Shown in pieces: positions 1 to 22,039 of a DNA stretch of 64,000 bases; the stretch's first letter is position 1; each line of letters begins with the position of its first letter. This stretch comes from Tubulanus polymorphus (lineage: Eukaryota; Animalia; Nemertea): the NCBI RefSeq assembly GCF_964204645.1, contig NC_134025.1, positions 4,154,001 to 4,218,000 on the forward strand, read 5' to 3'. Below the pieces are notes generated by a model, which saw nothing but the letters and a program-made list of their open reading frames with translations, was not told the origin of the DNA and ran no database searches. A program made the position numbers and the translations under genes.

Positions 1-749
1 CTACTCATTTGTAAATAACTAATCGATGAAATTTCACAGTAAGATCAAATAAAGCACTAGACCACTAGACAATGACTCTAGCTGTGTAGGCCTACAGTTC
101 AATAATTCATAAGGATCTCATTAACCAGTTTTTGTATAGCAAAGCAGATACATTGAAGGACCTCGGATGAGGAATATATAAAACATTTATCACAGTCGGG
201 AAGATTGACAACTGAGATTGATTGTCGGTAATTTACAACCTTGGTCTTATCCTGCTAAAACCTGACTCATTTATACTTAATCTACATATATTTTCACAAG
301 ATGTGCGTTGCATTCGATTGTTCTATAATGTTTCTAAAATATACGAGTTGTGTGACAGATGTTTATGAATTCCCTCTTCGTGTCTGTTCTAAACTATTAC
401 ACGTATTTCCTCTTGAATGACAGTAAAATATGTCGCATCTTGCGCGAACATCTTTTTGTTAATAGCTTGTTTGTTGGAACTGAAATTTTGTCGAAATTTT
501 TATCGAATTCTTTTAAAATCAAAAAGATAAATCGAAAAAGCACTTTTGTACCATGCAAATACTTATACTGTGTTTTTTGTTTAATACCCACAGGCCTACG
601 AATACAGTAATTCGACCAAAAATATTTTCCCTGAAGACAAAGTCTTTTACAATCAATTTGTTTTACATATGCATGTATATGCCAGATTATGTATAATTCG
701 AGCTTATTTAAGAAAAAAGAAAATGTCGAAACTGTTACAGACAACTCAC

Positions 750-830
750 CTTTAAATAAATTCAGTAATCAAGCGCTTATAAACCATTCGCTTGTAGTTA
801 ACGCATACACACACATGCACCACACTTAGG
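750..830 (-). other. Candidate non-coding (5' UTR) exon of a gene continuing beyond the left edge of the window
   Basis: On the minus strand: acceptor TATTTTCCAG, an 81-nt exon with stops in all three frames, then donor AAAG|GTGAGT. A CpG-rich stretch at ~2050-2300 could be its promoter or first exon. Confidence 0.3.
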
Positions 831-1243
831 CTGGAAAATAAATCAAACTTTTCGATTGCAAATGCATTAGCAGAATGTATCCATTAATTCATTAACGTGT
901 GGTCCTTCGTCGTAAAATCAACTGTGTACATTTTATATTCATCACACTCAACTATCCCTCATCGGTTTTGTTATATTACCTCATCATTATAGGGAAATAT
1001 TTGGTAGGGAGCACATATGTTCATAACGTGATACTCAATACCTTTCGTCAATAATACGATGTTCAATGTTGTTTTAAAAAACTGACGACTATAGAAAAAA
1101 ATGTATGTATATTGATCTTTTGAACGTTCGTGACGAGGATCTAATAATTCATTTATTTTCTTATTGACGATTTTCATTTTTAGAACGAAAAAGCATCGCA
1201 CATGAAAATGAAGTTAGTTTCTAAGCGACAATTTGAATAACAC

Positions 1244-1456
1244 GAAGCTCCTACTGGGATATCGTAACAGGATAACGAATTGCAGAAACACGAATGCAAT
1301 AGAATACGCTAATACGCTTATATGCTGAACATTTTGCTATAGGAATACAATTTTTTTTTATATATATATCCACTACTGTATGCTAGATCTCGGATTACAT
1401 GTATACGTTTGTACATTCTGACATGTATATATAAACCATTAAAAATAATCGTCTTT
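1244..1456. repeat. Diverged direct repeat, copy 1 (copy 2 at ~3178-3337)
   Basis: Colinear shared blocks GAAGCTCCTACT, AAACACG.ATGCA, AATACGCTAATA, AATACAATTTTT, GATTACA, ATTCTGACAT, AAACCATTAA, TCTTTA. Confidence 0.75.
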
Positions 1457-3177
1457 AGCGCCAAAATATATGAACAATTTAAGTTCCGAATTATTCATGA
1501 AGATCTTGTCTGTAAGTATACATGTTGTCGCATAAGTTGTGGACGTGTAAGAATCCACAGTTGAATGCGTTCTCAACGTCTCCTGAGTAGAATTAGCTGT
1601 ACATTCATTTTTAGTGAAGCGGGTGATTATTGAGAGTGTTGCTGTTTTCTTGTAACATTTTGTGAACGACAGCTTTTATCAGAAAAATGGCCCGGAAATT
1701 GTACGTGATTAACAACACTAATTACGATTTTTACGGCGCGAACTACGGGTCTAAGAGTGATCAAATCGGACGCTGTTCTGTCCTGTAAATACGGTAATGT
1801 TAACAGCTTTAGTGTCGTACGAGATCAAAATTAACAAATAACAAATCACCGGCCCCGTTTGTCATGCTATGAGTGATAACACGTCAGTCAGCTAATGTCA
1901 TCAGATATATCCCTCCAGTCTATAATGTATCTCGCTATAATGAAAGATGTATAATTGGGTTGGATGGTTTCACAAAACGAAGACTTATTACTTTATTTTC
2001 TTTTATGGAGACAAACATCCCCGGAGTGTTGAGGTTTTAATTAGCTCGCCTGCAGAAATCCCGAGGGCACTCGTTACCCGCACGCTTCGCACGTCGGCGA
2101 TTTCAGCCTCGTGTCGAGTGAGATCAAACAAACGAATACACACTTCAACTTAGGCGATTAGATTTATATTCAACGACTCTAAAAGTAAACGACGTTATCC
2201 GTCAACATTCGTCCGTTCTTCCCGTGATTAACGTCATCGCATTACAATCAGTTTCCGTTACGCCGGTGTGGCTGGCCCACATACAAAAAAAAATCCGGGA
2301 GAATTTTTCATGATTGATCGTGATTAACGGCACACCAAGATTTCATGGAAAATTCATCAGCCTCTTTTCCCACCGTTGGGCTTCCTGTAAACAGGTCGTT
2401 AAAAAGGGCAGTCGTCGATGTCGAGTAATTTTTAATTTCTGCAAATTTATAATCAATGTTATGTTTGTTCATTTCTATGGTCAAGTGACAAACACGTAGT
2501 GTGAAGAACATGCGGATCACGGGTTCGTTTTTGATTTGGTTGGAACTGAACGGGGCCTAAACTAAAGCCTAACATCAAGAAAAGAATCTGATGTTTAGAG
2601 CGATTTTCGTTGATACAAATGTATGAAATAAATGAAGAGATTTAATATACATGAATTTGGTTTTATAATGATAGTGGTAAGTTAAACGTTTGTGCATTAT
2701 TTCCTTTACATAACATATCTATCCATGAAGTGCGTTTCATACGTAATCTTGCGATAAGAATCAGGGACAAGTCATTGCTGAAAACAGATCAATCCTATTT
2801 AGTCTTACGGCTCGCCGAACGCGAAGGAGTGTACTGTATATGATAGTGAGAATATTCATCATATTTCAAACATACGCAGTCCATATAAATCCGTGGTGGA
2901 ATCCTCTGACGATGCGTAACGTCTGAATTATTGAAGGAAAAAAACACTACAGGCCGCCACAAGACGGGCATTTTATAGCAGATGTTACCCGTATAGCATG
3001 GATAATGCGTGCGAATTAGACAGCTTATCCCGCGTGGGCAGTATTTTTCTGACAATCTTGCCTCACAAATTCGTCATGTTTATAGCAATCGATTAGATTT
3101 ATGAATGCTACAATTGAGTCTGCCAAGAATATACGTGATGTATAAGTAGTATACGAGTCAAAGAATTACGGTCGCCC

Positions 3178-3337
3178 GGAAGCTCCTACTCGTAAAACAC
3201 GCATGCATTTCAAAATACGCTAATATATTTTTCTATGAAATTTTAATACAATTTTTATTTAGTATCCGGTACATGTAAGACCTCAGATTACACGTACATT
3301 TATATATTCTGACATATAAAAACCATTAATCATCTTT
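3178..3337. repeat. Diverged direct repeat, copy 2; lies in the RNPC3 3' flank
   Basis: Same colinear blocks as 1244-1456, with indels. Confidence 0.75.
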
Positions 3338-3377
3338 ATGTTTTTTATGTGAATACAAATATAAATTACTTTAAGCA

Positions 3378-4829
3378 TTATTTAGGTTTAGCAGATCGCG
3401 CGAATTGAACAACCAATGGTTTGTCTTCCATTAGAAATCCATTAGTCTCGTATACAGCCTTCCTGGCAATTTTTTCCGATGGAAGTGTTATAAATGCTTG
3501 TCCTTTCATTCGTCCCTCTTTCATTAATCTTAAATCGAACATATTCACTTCGGTTTCATCATCCCAGTTTACGTAACGTCCAAAAACACGTTTGAGGTCG
3601 TTTTCATGCACGCGTTTATGATTTACATTTTTTATATACAGTCTACTCGACGGTTCACCGGCGTCATAATTTCTGAAAACGTTCAACGATTTTCTTTCCG
3701 ATTCTGACAATCGATTCTTTCTCAGTTCGCTGGATGATATGAAATTAGCGAGTTGTTCGTTCGAATCATCGGATTCGCTTTCACTATCGGATTGTTTTGT
3801 AACTGGTTTTATTATTCCAAATCCGCTATCTATTGATTCTGATTCCTGTTCATTGTCTGCTGGAGCAGAACTGACATTACCGTTATCGTGAGTTGAATTT
3901 CGCTGATACTGATTATCTATTACTTTTCCTATTTCAGTCGATAACTTAAACTCGAAGTTTTTCTTAGGATTTTGTGAGCCGATATTTTCGAACACATCCT
4001 CGGGTTTGGCGGTTAGCTCCGGTTTGTTATTCGTCGTTTGAGGAGTAGTGATCTGCAACTTGAATCGTTTCGAAGGTTTTTCTTTTTTCTTTAACGGTCT
4101 CTTCAAAGTAGCAGGAATTTTTGGAACATTATTCGCATCAGCTTCTTCTGAACTGCTTTCTAACTCAGATTCTTCAGTCGAATCTATCTCCATTTCCTGA
4201 TGTTCGAGTTGATCATTATTCGCACTTACCGGCGCGTGTATTACATGCCCAATCTCGATAGGGGGCGTAGCCGTGACGGGCCCGAATGGAACGGGCAAAT
4301 TCATCTTGTTCATTAAATGCAACACTTGAACATAAAACTTAGGCACAGAAGCTAAAGCATTCGCGATATTCGTAAGAATGTTCACAGTCGGTGGCGGGTA
4401 CATATACTCATACTTAGGATTAGGCGGAAAGTTTGCGCCTAATTTAGAGGCAACATAATGTATATCTCCTGGAAATGTTTTTTCTGGTGCTGATTTCTTT
4501 CGCTTCGTTGTCTCAGTTTCTAAATCATTGTTCAATTTTAGAGGAGGGTCTTTTAACGAAGGCGGTTTGTACTTTTCAAATTGTTGTTTAGAGTATTCTA
4601 CGCTTAGAATTTGTCCAAAAAATTCCAACTGATGCAACTGTTTTAAAGCACAAGCCGCTGCTTCATGATCCTCAAATATTGCAAAAGCAGTATATTTCAT
4701 TTTTCCAGTGTCTTTCATACATTTCACATTCTTTGCTCCAAAATGAGTAAGGAACTCAATCCGTTGTTCAACAGTCAATCTTTTGGGCAGATGCTTTACG
4801 AACAACACATTTGTGGTTGGAGCAGTCAT
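3378..4829 (-). CDS. RNPC3: U11/U12 snRNP 65K protein (RNA-binding region-containing protein 3), single coding exon, ~483 aa
   Basis: N-terminal RRM (LFVKHLP...TAFAIF), conserved YMYPPPTVNILTNIANALASVPKFYVQVLHLMNKMNLPVPF, C-terminal RRM (GEPSSRLYIKN...LMKEGRMKGQAFITLP...VVQFARSA). ATG at 4829 follows a pyrimidine tract and AG; 5' UTR intron 4831-5022. Confidence 0.95.
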   Translation of the reverse strand: MTAPTTNVLFVKHLPKRLTVEQRIEFLTHFGAKNVKCMKDTGKMKYTAFAIFEDHEAAACALKQLHQLEFFGQILSVEYSKQQFEKYKPPSLKDPPLKLNNDLETETTKRKKSAPEKTFPGDIHYVASKLGANFPPNPKYEYMYPPPTVNILTNIANALASVPKFYVQVLHLMNKMNLPVPFGPVTATPPIEIGHVIHAPVSANNDQLEHQEMEIDSTEESELESSSEEADANNVPKIPATLKRPLKKKEKPSKRFKLQITTPQTTNNKPELTAKPEDVFENIGSQNPKKNFEFKLSTEIGKVIDNQYQRNSTHDNGNVSSAPADNEQESESIDSGFGIIKPVTKQSDSESESDDSNEQLANFISSSELRKNRLSESERKSLNVFRNYDAGEPSSRLYIKNVNHKRVHENDLKRVFGRYVNWDDETEVNMFDLRLMKEGRMKGQAFITLPSEKIARKAVYETNGFLMEDKPLVVQFARSAKPK

Positions 4830-5022
4830 TCTAAAAAGGAAAGGAAATACAAAATTGTGAATATGAATATCATATGATTCAATAAACCTGATTTGAATTG
4901 AGTGTTGGATGTCCATTTGGTATAATTTGAAGGCGCCTCATTTCTCAACAGAGCGTTGAATGATATAGAATTTGAGAAAAACTTCAAGACTATCTTTCAA
5001 ACATAGCATACGGAAAATTTAC

Positions 5023-5205
5023 CTCGGAATAAGCCAGTATTGACCGAGTAATTAATCAAACAAGTTGAATTTACTAAAGATTTTCAGCACGATCCGCCAT
5101 TAAGAGTATCCACAAATTATCGCGCCACTGGATGTTTGTTTAACCGCGTAAATGACGTCATCTTGGGAAACCCGTTCGCCAGTGATATGGCGACCAAAAG
5201 CATTC
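5023..5205. promoter_or_regulatory. Bidirectional promoter region RNPC3/spastin
   Basis: Start codons diverge ~380 bp apart; CpG-rich; perfect CRE palindrome TGACGTCA at 5153-5160; YY1-like CCGCCAT at 5094-5100. Confidence 0.6.
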
Positions 5206-13758
<8,553 letters not shown>

Positions 13759-15376
13759 ATCTGCTGAAATTTTCTTGCAAATCTTTCTTTCATTCATAGA
13801 AATGTGCTTTGCTTTCTCAATTTCTCGTGCCATTATTTCAATGTTGAATTGTGTAGAAAATTTTCATTGTACATGTAATTTCGATAAAGCTTTCTGGAGT
13901 TCATGAGGCTCAGGAGAATTTAAATAACTGTAGTCACTGACAGTGCAGCAGAATATATTCTTGTTCTTTTCTGAACAGCAACAACTCAACAATTTAAATC
14001 TGAATGCGATTTCGTCACGTGTAATAAGGTCTTTACTCTTAATCTGAAGAGCTTCATTTTTGTAAAAAATATTGTTCTTGTTCATGAACAAGAGTCTCAT
14101 TCTGTTGGGCTTACATGAAACTCAATTTTTTAATGACTCAATTTGGAATTGGGTGTTTCAGCGCTCTATTTGTTCCATCTTTCGGGGAACAAGTTCAGGA
14201 TCAAAGATTAATAAGTTATCAATTCCTTTATGATTAAAAAATGCTTGGTATAGAATGGTTGCTTTTCAATTAATGATTTTGAATATCTTCATGATAACAT
14301 TTGAATATTCAATGGAAATCTTTCAAATATGCAATAATGTAAGGTGGTTTATGTACACGTATGCTTTTAAAGCACAAATTAGGAAAAGCTTGGCAGCATC
14401 AATGGTCAGAGTGCTATATTTATTATAAACATCAATAACATATAGGTAACTATAAACAAACAGCAGGCGTTTTGTCTGTAAAACTGTTCCTTTGTAAACT
14501 ACTCCTCTACATGTCTATCAGTGGTGAATATATGAAGTCTCATTTGGCTTTTTTCTAAATGTGATCTTAAAACCTTTCTGACTTAGAATATTTTTTACTT
14601 GAAAACCAACTTGAATTTAGTTTCTTATGACATCGAAGTGATGCTATGCATTCCACACTTCAGCTTTTCTCTGTAGATATGGGTATATATTCAAAGGTTA
14701 AAAAGTCAAATGATCTCGTCTATGAATACTATTTGTAATAGTTCAGGTCTGTAACGGCATTATGAATCCTAACTTAACAATTAAACATGTACTACTGCAT
14801 GTATCTGTTTCAGCTAGTGCATAAACTGAAGCATTATTCTACCTACGAGTTTGCTTAACTTCATTTGTGTTATTATATGATTATCATCATCCGATGCAAA
14901 AACTTTAACAAGAAAATCTGCTGCTTTTATTCTAGTGCATTAATCACAATTTTATATGTTTTGTACATGGATGTGAAAAAGGTACAAACCCATTTATAAT
15001 GGTGTGCATTTCATAGGGCTAAATTGTTTTTGCATTTTAATGTTTATGTTTATGATGCATGAACATAAATTATTTGATTATTTATTTAATTAAGTTGCCA
15101 CATGTATTCATAGATTCTGTATATTTTCTGTTCTAAGTTGTATATGTGACACATATCTGTATTTTTTCTTGTACAGACTGTATTGGTTGTAATGTGAATA
15201 TTGTTGTGTACTATAAAATAAATATGTAGACTTCTCAGTGAAACTATATGTCTCCTTTCCAAGTTTGTTTGTAGCCATTCGATTTTAATCTAATACATGA
15301 CCTCACTTCTTATCAATTCTGATTATCTTGCTCTAAGATATTTCAAGAGAGCTTCTGCATCATGTTATATCCAGCT

Positions 15377-15551
15377 TACAGTACTCCTAAATCGGTACCG
15401 TTTATCTCAGTTAACTGTTAATTCAGTGGTTTTATATAATAAGTAAATGTTTATCCTTGACACTAAACTCAGTTTCTTATCCGGTAACCGGCTAATAGGG
15501 TAACAAAGGGATCCTGGTTCCAACTGTACCGATTAAGGTGTAGTCTAACGT
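15377..15551. mobile_element. Degenerate Tc1/pogo-type MITE between the convergent spastin and ALDH6A1 3' ends
   Basis: Left TACAGTACTCCTAAATCGGTAC is inverted to right GTACCGATTAAGGTGTAGTCTAACGTA; TA-CAGT type terminus. Confidence 0.5.
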
Positions 15552-16060
15552 ACAACTCCTAAATAATCTAGAGTAGTTTTGAAGGAATCAAATCATAGGG
15601 ATCCTGTAGCAGGTTATGCAGCACGAATACAGTCCACATGTGTCATATTGTCCATCAAATAGCTATCAATTTGTTCCTCTTATTACTTCACTCGGCCACT
15701 TAATGATGTTCTGTGACATCACATGCATTGCCTCAAGTCTGATCATTCCTTGATCATGGAGTTTTCATGTAAATCTAGTCTCATGCAAATCATTGATGCG
15801 GAGCTGTTAAATGTATGAGAATCCATCACTTGAGAGGAAATTCCAGTGTATAAGTGATAATAGTGGATTTTATTTTACGATTGTATATTACAAAGTTAAT
15901 ACTTAATAAACCAGTGACTTAAAACAGGTGAACAATCAATCATTCAAACAAAGCACATATTAAGCACGTAGATGTGTGAAGGCTCATGATTTTTGAATAT
16001 ACAGTACAAATTGACATGATCATATTGCACTAAAGCACACTGCAAATTTCATAATCTGTT

Positions 16061-19000
16061 TTATCGCATGACGGGCATTGCTGTAGCGGCTTTTCCACCG
16101 GTAACATCATCTTCTCTCCACATTTGTGTTATGGTTTTAACCTCAGTATAGAATTGAATGCCCTGCAAATAAATTTTGAAGTCCAGTAATATTCAGACAC
16201 ATCTGACACTTTCAACCATCTTTTTCCTTATCAAAACGAACCTGCTTGCCATAGAAGTGTTGATCACCTCGGAATGAGCCTCTTGAACCGGTGAATGAGA
16301 ACATTGGGAGTGGGACAGGGATGGGAACATTTACTCCGATCTACAAAACAAAAGATCATTCAGATTTACCGGGCAATAGCGTACTATGATAAAAAACCTC
16401 TTGCCCAAGTTCCAACATACCTGTCCAACATCAATCTCTTGGGTGTATTTCCTTGCAGTTGCACCATTCGTGGTGAAAATTGCCGTACCATTTCCATAGG
16501 GATTTTTATTGATCAATTGGATGGCATCATCGAGTGTGTCAACTTCCATACTGCACAAAACTGGCCCAAAGATTTCTTCCGTGTAACAAGTGTTATCAGG
16601 CTGAAAGCGAAAATGATAATATAGTAAGTCCATCGCTGGCCTAGAAGTTGATTTGGTTCTCTCCAGGAGAAATGGATTACCTTGACATTATGGATTAGAG
16701 TTGGACCAACAAAGTTGCCTTTTTCATAACCCGGTACTTTGACATTTCGTCCATCCAACAAGATATCACAGCCCTGATCAGCACCACTCTGGATAAGATT
16801 AATCACCCTTTCCTTGGATTGGGGACTAATCAAAGGTCCGATATCAGCATTAGGTTCATGTCCTTCAAAATAAAATTGCAAAACCAAAGTTGAATCGTAT
16901 GATCACTTTTCAATTATTTAGAGCAGTGTTATCTCAGTCTTATAGATAAGCGTAAGTCAACACAATACCTGCATTAACCTGAAGCTTCTTAGCCTTCTCT
17001 ATTAATTCAGGGATCCATTCTTTGGCTTCTCCAACAAATACAATAGTTGTAAGTGCCATACAACGTTGACCAGCGGCTCCAAATGCAGCTCCAACAACCT
17101 GAAAATTGCATCAGATCATATCATTTGTCTAACTTGTGGCACACTACAACATGAGCTGAACCGTTTATACCTGGTTAAGTGTGGCTTCCTTATTTGCATC
17201 TGGCATAATGACGCCGTGGTTTTTAGCACCCTAAAACAGATATATGTAGAGAGTTTATTCAAAATCAACTTATATCAATGGTTTGTCAAGAATTGGTGTT
17301 AAACTCACCATGTTGGACTGGACTCTCTTTCCATTGCGTGATCCACGCTCATAAATGTATTGACCCTTAATTGATGAGACAGTATTATTAGTAAAGTATA
17401 CATCAATGGTTTAATAAAACATAATGTGGTAAACTGCGCGTGCGCTCTTACTGCTTGATCCGATCCTACAAATGAGATGGCTTGAATATGCGGATGATCG
17501 CAGATGAAGTTGACAGAATCGTGAGCACCGTGGATCACGTTGACAACACCGTCAGGGAATCCAGCTTGCTTAACAAGATCCATCAAGATCATAGTAGCTC
17601 CGGGATCGCGTTCAGAAGGCTTCAACAGCATAGTATTACCCGTTACAAGTGCCATTGGGAACATCTACAAATAGGTCAAACAGTGACTTTTTTAGTATCA
17701 ATTTTCATACAAAACTAGAATATCCACACTACAACCACCTAGGAGGTAATCCGATTCAATAGAACGCATTACATCGCTGAACCTTTGCGCTGTGGCTCTT
17801 ACAATCTGGAGTGATACAAGGGCGAACAAAGCGCCCTAATCAAAATATACTATATCATACTTTATTGTATTGCTATATCATGCAGACTTACCCAGAGAGG
17901 AATCATAGCAGGAAAGTTGAATGGAGTAATACCAGCTGTTACACCTAATGGAACCCGGTAGGAAATTGTGTCCATATCTTTGGCAATTCCGGACAATGAT
18001 TCTCCGAGTTGTAGTGATGGAATGCTACAACAGTGCTCAACAACCTCTACAAAGTTTAATGAATACATTTAATACTTCAAAATCGTTTCATTCAATTCAA
18101 CTACGGAATGAAAAGTGAAGTACTTACGAAGTCCTCGTTGTACATCACCTTCAGCATCAACTAAAGTTTTGCCTTGTTCTTTTGTAATATTGGCAGCTAA
18201 TTCTTTCTGTAAATCGAATGAGATATAATTATCTATGGGAGGCCTTACACTCAATTTCTCATAATGACATTCATTTTGGGAATTAAAGTAAAATACCATG
18301 TTTTCTTTGATGAGATTCTGTAATTTAAACATTAGCTGCTGGCGTGTCAGGATAGTTGTGTTGGACCATTCTTTAAAAGCAGCCTGACAAGAATTAACAG
18401 CTCTTTCCATCTCGGCTTGTGTTGACTTCGGGACACGTGTAATTACTTCATTTGTCGCCTTTGATTGATTACATGAAAATTACATAATCTTTTATGAAAA
18501 TAGTTTTTAAGACATTTATGTTTGAATAATTGACCTTCTAAACTTCAGACATTCATTTGAGATATGACAATGGTTTATAATAACCGATATCATTTCAATA
18601 TCTGCAAAGGACAAGGGGTACTCGTCATATTTGTGAGCTTATCAAAGATAACAAACAATCAATACCGGATTGTGCAGGTCAATCCATTCAGTAGCTTCAG
18701 ACTCTATAAACTTGTTGTCAATGAAGAGTTTTGTTGTTGGCTGAAATAAAAAATATCACCAATTTTCACAACGGATATTTTAATGAAATTAATTAATCAC
18801 GGCCTAACCGCTAACCCGAAGGCAGGGCACATTCTGAAAATCGTTCATTTTTTGGAAATGCGATAGCAGCAATCTAACAATACTTACAGCAGCACTTGAT
18901 CCATAATGTCTGCTTAAGTGTCCAGAAACACTGTTCAACAAACCCTAATGATAAGGAACATTTTCTGTTATTATGTATACGAATAAAGAACTGAACGAAA

Positions 19001-19173
19001 TCCACACAGACCATGATGATGACTGGGACGTGTTACATAAATAAAACTATTACACTATTTAACCATATTAGCAATCATGACATTACTTCAATCAACCACA
19101 TTATAATTATTTATTGTTTAATTATTCTGAAATATTTTACCTGTCGGCAGAGTGAAAAAGCGCGATAAGCCAT
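16061..19173 (-). CDS. ALDH6A1: Methylmalonate-semialdehyde dehydrogenase, mitochondrial (multi-exon)
   Basis: Presequence-like start [11 protein letters not shown] (exon 19141-19173); [56 protein letters not shown], catalytic [30 protein letters not shown]; ends AMPVMR-TAA. Confidence 0.97.
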
Positions 19174-21529
19174 CCTTTGATTTACAGCACTGGATTTACA
19201 CGACGATAGAAAAGACAAGTGCCTGGTTGTCGGAATTTCGGACAGGTGGCGCGCGATGCAATAGTCGCTGCTCAGTCTATTATTATGAGTAGGTTCGAAT
19301 CCTGTGCAATAATAATCGATAGAAATACATTTTTTTGAGGCACAGATTTTTTCGAGAAAAGATGGAAGTGGGAAAATAAGAAAATGAAAAGGAAAATTCC
19401 ATTACGGACGTGGAAGGGGAAGGGAAAAATGAAACAAAAATCTTTTTTTACCATTCGAGTATTTTCTGCATGTTGGAACAAACCGCAGAAAACATAATGA
19501 CGGAGCGAAAATCATATTGAATGATGGAAGAAACGAAGAAAACTAATTATTGCTAATTATTAGCTCGAAAAATAAGACGGAAAAACAAAATTGTAATTTC
19601 TTGATGATGTTATTGATGAAATTCTGGGTGGCATTCCGTACTCCAACTGATAAAAAAGGCCTAAATTAAAATGAAACGCCAATAAACGTTTTCTCGCATT
19701 GTCTCCCAGCATGCTATTATCTAAATCACGGTTATTATAGAATAAATGTATGGAAGCCTGGGGACCTCTTGATTAATATTACCCACAAGATTTCGACTAT
19801 TCCAATGCGATGAAACGGATTGATTAGTATGGGAAAGGGTAAGAATTTATACAATCGGTGAGCCATACGAACTTTCTTAGTACCGCTGGAAAGACTAAAT
19901 CTGGGGCTTCGGACGCTGGGTCAAGGTACGACGGTGCTTTTCTCCTTTTGGTTTACCTTATTTTGAGCAAGAACAAAATCAGCAATAGCTCGAAATTCAC
20001 TGCTACAGATTATTGCAGATAATTGTCAACCATTATCTATGAAATACTTCATATGGGTATTTACCACTTAACGAAGCGATTCTTTCTGTAATTTGCGTTT
20101 TTTTCTGTGGTTCTATCAAATTGATTATTCCTACAAAAATAGCCAAAGAAATTAGCATAACTTCGCATGGATCATAAACCTCACTCTTTTTGTCTAGTGT
20201 ACATTTGTTATCGCTACAGAACCGCCTGATTCTTGTCGCATCTCATCTAGATGAGAATTATCTGTACAATTCCAAGACATTATTAATCAAAGCCTAAGAA
20301 CAACAAAAGTAATTTGGAATTTTCTATGACACGTTTTTGTCATTACAGAAGGTCAACGAAATGCAGTTGAACAACACAGTGGCCCAAAAGCAATTACGTT
20401 TTTCACAAATTTCACCGACGAATCATCACACAAAACGTGCAAATCGTATTTGCAGCCTTAACACTGTAAATCGAATAGTTCTCTCCTTAATCACGTCACG
20501 GAGTAAATTTTACGATAATTGCCATTAAACTACACTAGAAAATTAGATTACACCATTTCTGTGGGTTTATACGGGGTCTTGTCAATCTCCATCCATCAGG
20601 ATTTCGGGCAGCTTAAATCTATTACCCGCAGCGCTGACACCGGTGCACAAAATGTGCCGCATAGTTTTGTATTTGTCGCGTTAAATTAATTTGTATTGAC
20701 TGGCGACAATGCCGATTATGAATATGATATATGATATGGTTTAACCGGCCACCCACCTCCTCGTGTTTGGCCTTTGCGCATTACCCCCTTATTGTTTTTT
20801 TCCTCAATTGTGAACTTTACAAAAAAAATAAAGTCTGTAACTTGTCAACAGAAATGGGGACGCACAGAAGGCTGAATCATTTTAAGGAAATTATTATCAA
20901 AAGCAAGTTAACGCAACCTCGAAACCCGTGGAATTTTGGAAAGTGATGAACGATCGTCTTGGTGTAATACAAATGTACAAAGTCTCAATTAAGCCTTAAC
21001 AAATTTCGACGGGGATTTTCAGGTCCTCTGTCCTCGTCTGTTGTACATATTAGAAAAATTCAGTAGCACAGAACGATGAGCCGAATTGGCGGCTTATTTA
21101 ACACCCCAGGTTCGACGGCGTGACCGAGCGCTAGTAATGAACGCGCCGCTGAATTTTGTTTCGTGTGCATGACGCAGTCAAACACGAGCCATCATTAATG
21201 AATAATTAATGCCCTCAGAGGAGTAGTATTCAGAGCTGCTGATGTAGTAGCAGATACGATGCATTGTACCCTGGAACATTTGATTTGTATTGTGTGCTGA
21301 GTTTTTGAGGCTTTCGTGGCGAATTTTCTCGCAAATAGTTTCTGGTCATCCATTTCAGCATATAGGGGAAAAACATCGAACTGTTACAATCCTATTCTGA
21401 AATGACAAAATTAGCTTAAAAGGTTATAAAAATATATTCAAATCTCAAAATAGTTTTTCTTACATTTGAAAAAAATTTAATCGCATTTCGAAAAGGTTTA
21501 GCGTTTAATACAGATTGATTAAGCGAAAT

Positions 21530-21910
21530 TCGGCGCCATTTTAAGCCGCTTGAAATTATGAATGACAGTTGCAACTGAACGATATTGAAAAGAGCAGATT
21601 GCGCATGCGGTCTCGCTCACGTGCGTAATGATCGGAAATCGTTGTAATAAGTCTTGGTACAGTGTTTGAAAAAGAAGCAATAGTAGTTTGAAGTATTAGA
21701 ACTTGGTTATTCAAAGTGACAGAGGACTGCCTCTCACTCCAGCTCATCCTGTCATATCTCTATCGATTACCGCCCGGTATTGATAAGCATCCGTATAAAT
21801 AAGTAATAAGCGGCTGGCTGTTGGAGTGTGAACCCAAAGAAAGGTGTGCGCACTTGAGTTTAACTAGACGAACTACTGACGAATATTTCGACGCGTTCAC
21901 GTCAGCGACA
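21530..21910 (+). promoter_or_regulatory. Candidate promoter of the Trk-like kinase
   Basis: YY1-like CGCCATTTT (21534-21542), NRF1-like TGCGCATGCG (21600-21609), E-box CACGTG (21618-21623) and half-CRE ACGTCA near 21900, all upstream of the ATG exon at 22040. Confidence 0.45.
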
Positions 21911-22039
21911 TCCTAAGAAGACGACATCGCCAAACCCTGGGATAACACGAGTTTGGATAGTCGCTTGGAACCACGTCCTCCGCAAACTTTCTAACAATCA
22001 TTTATACGCGCACGAGAAACTTGCGGAAGATAAATCACG

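Noticed and set aside
1256-1276. Possible USSE (tandem U12 donors) downstream of RNPC3, minus strand GTTATCCTG...ATATCCC
   Set aside because: Neither half matches RTATCCTT well, and it is 2 kb from the stop codon.
4830-4916. N-terminal extension of RNPC3 in the ORF track (MDIQHSIQ...)
   Set aside because: It reads through a pyrimidine tract and AG acceptor, so it is most likely intron.
16295-17718. Plus-strand ORFs overlapping ALDH6A1 (and similar ones opposite SCYL1, IFT57, RTF1)
   Set aside because: Antisense shadows of real exons with no recognisable motifs.
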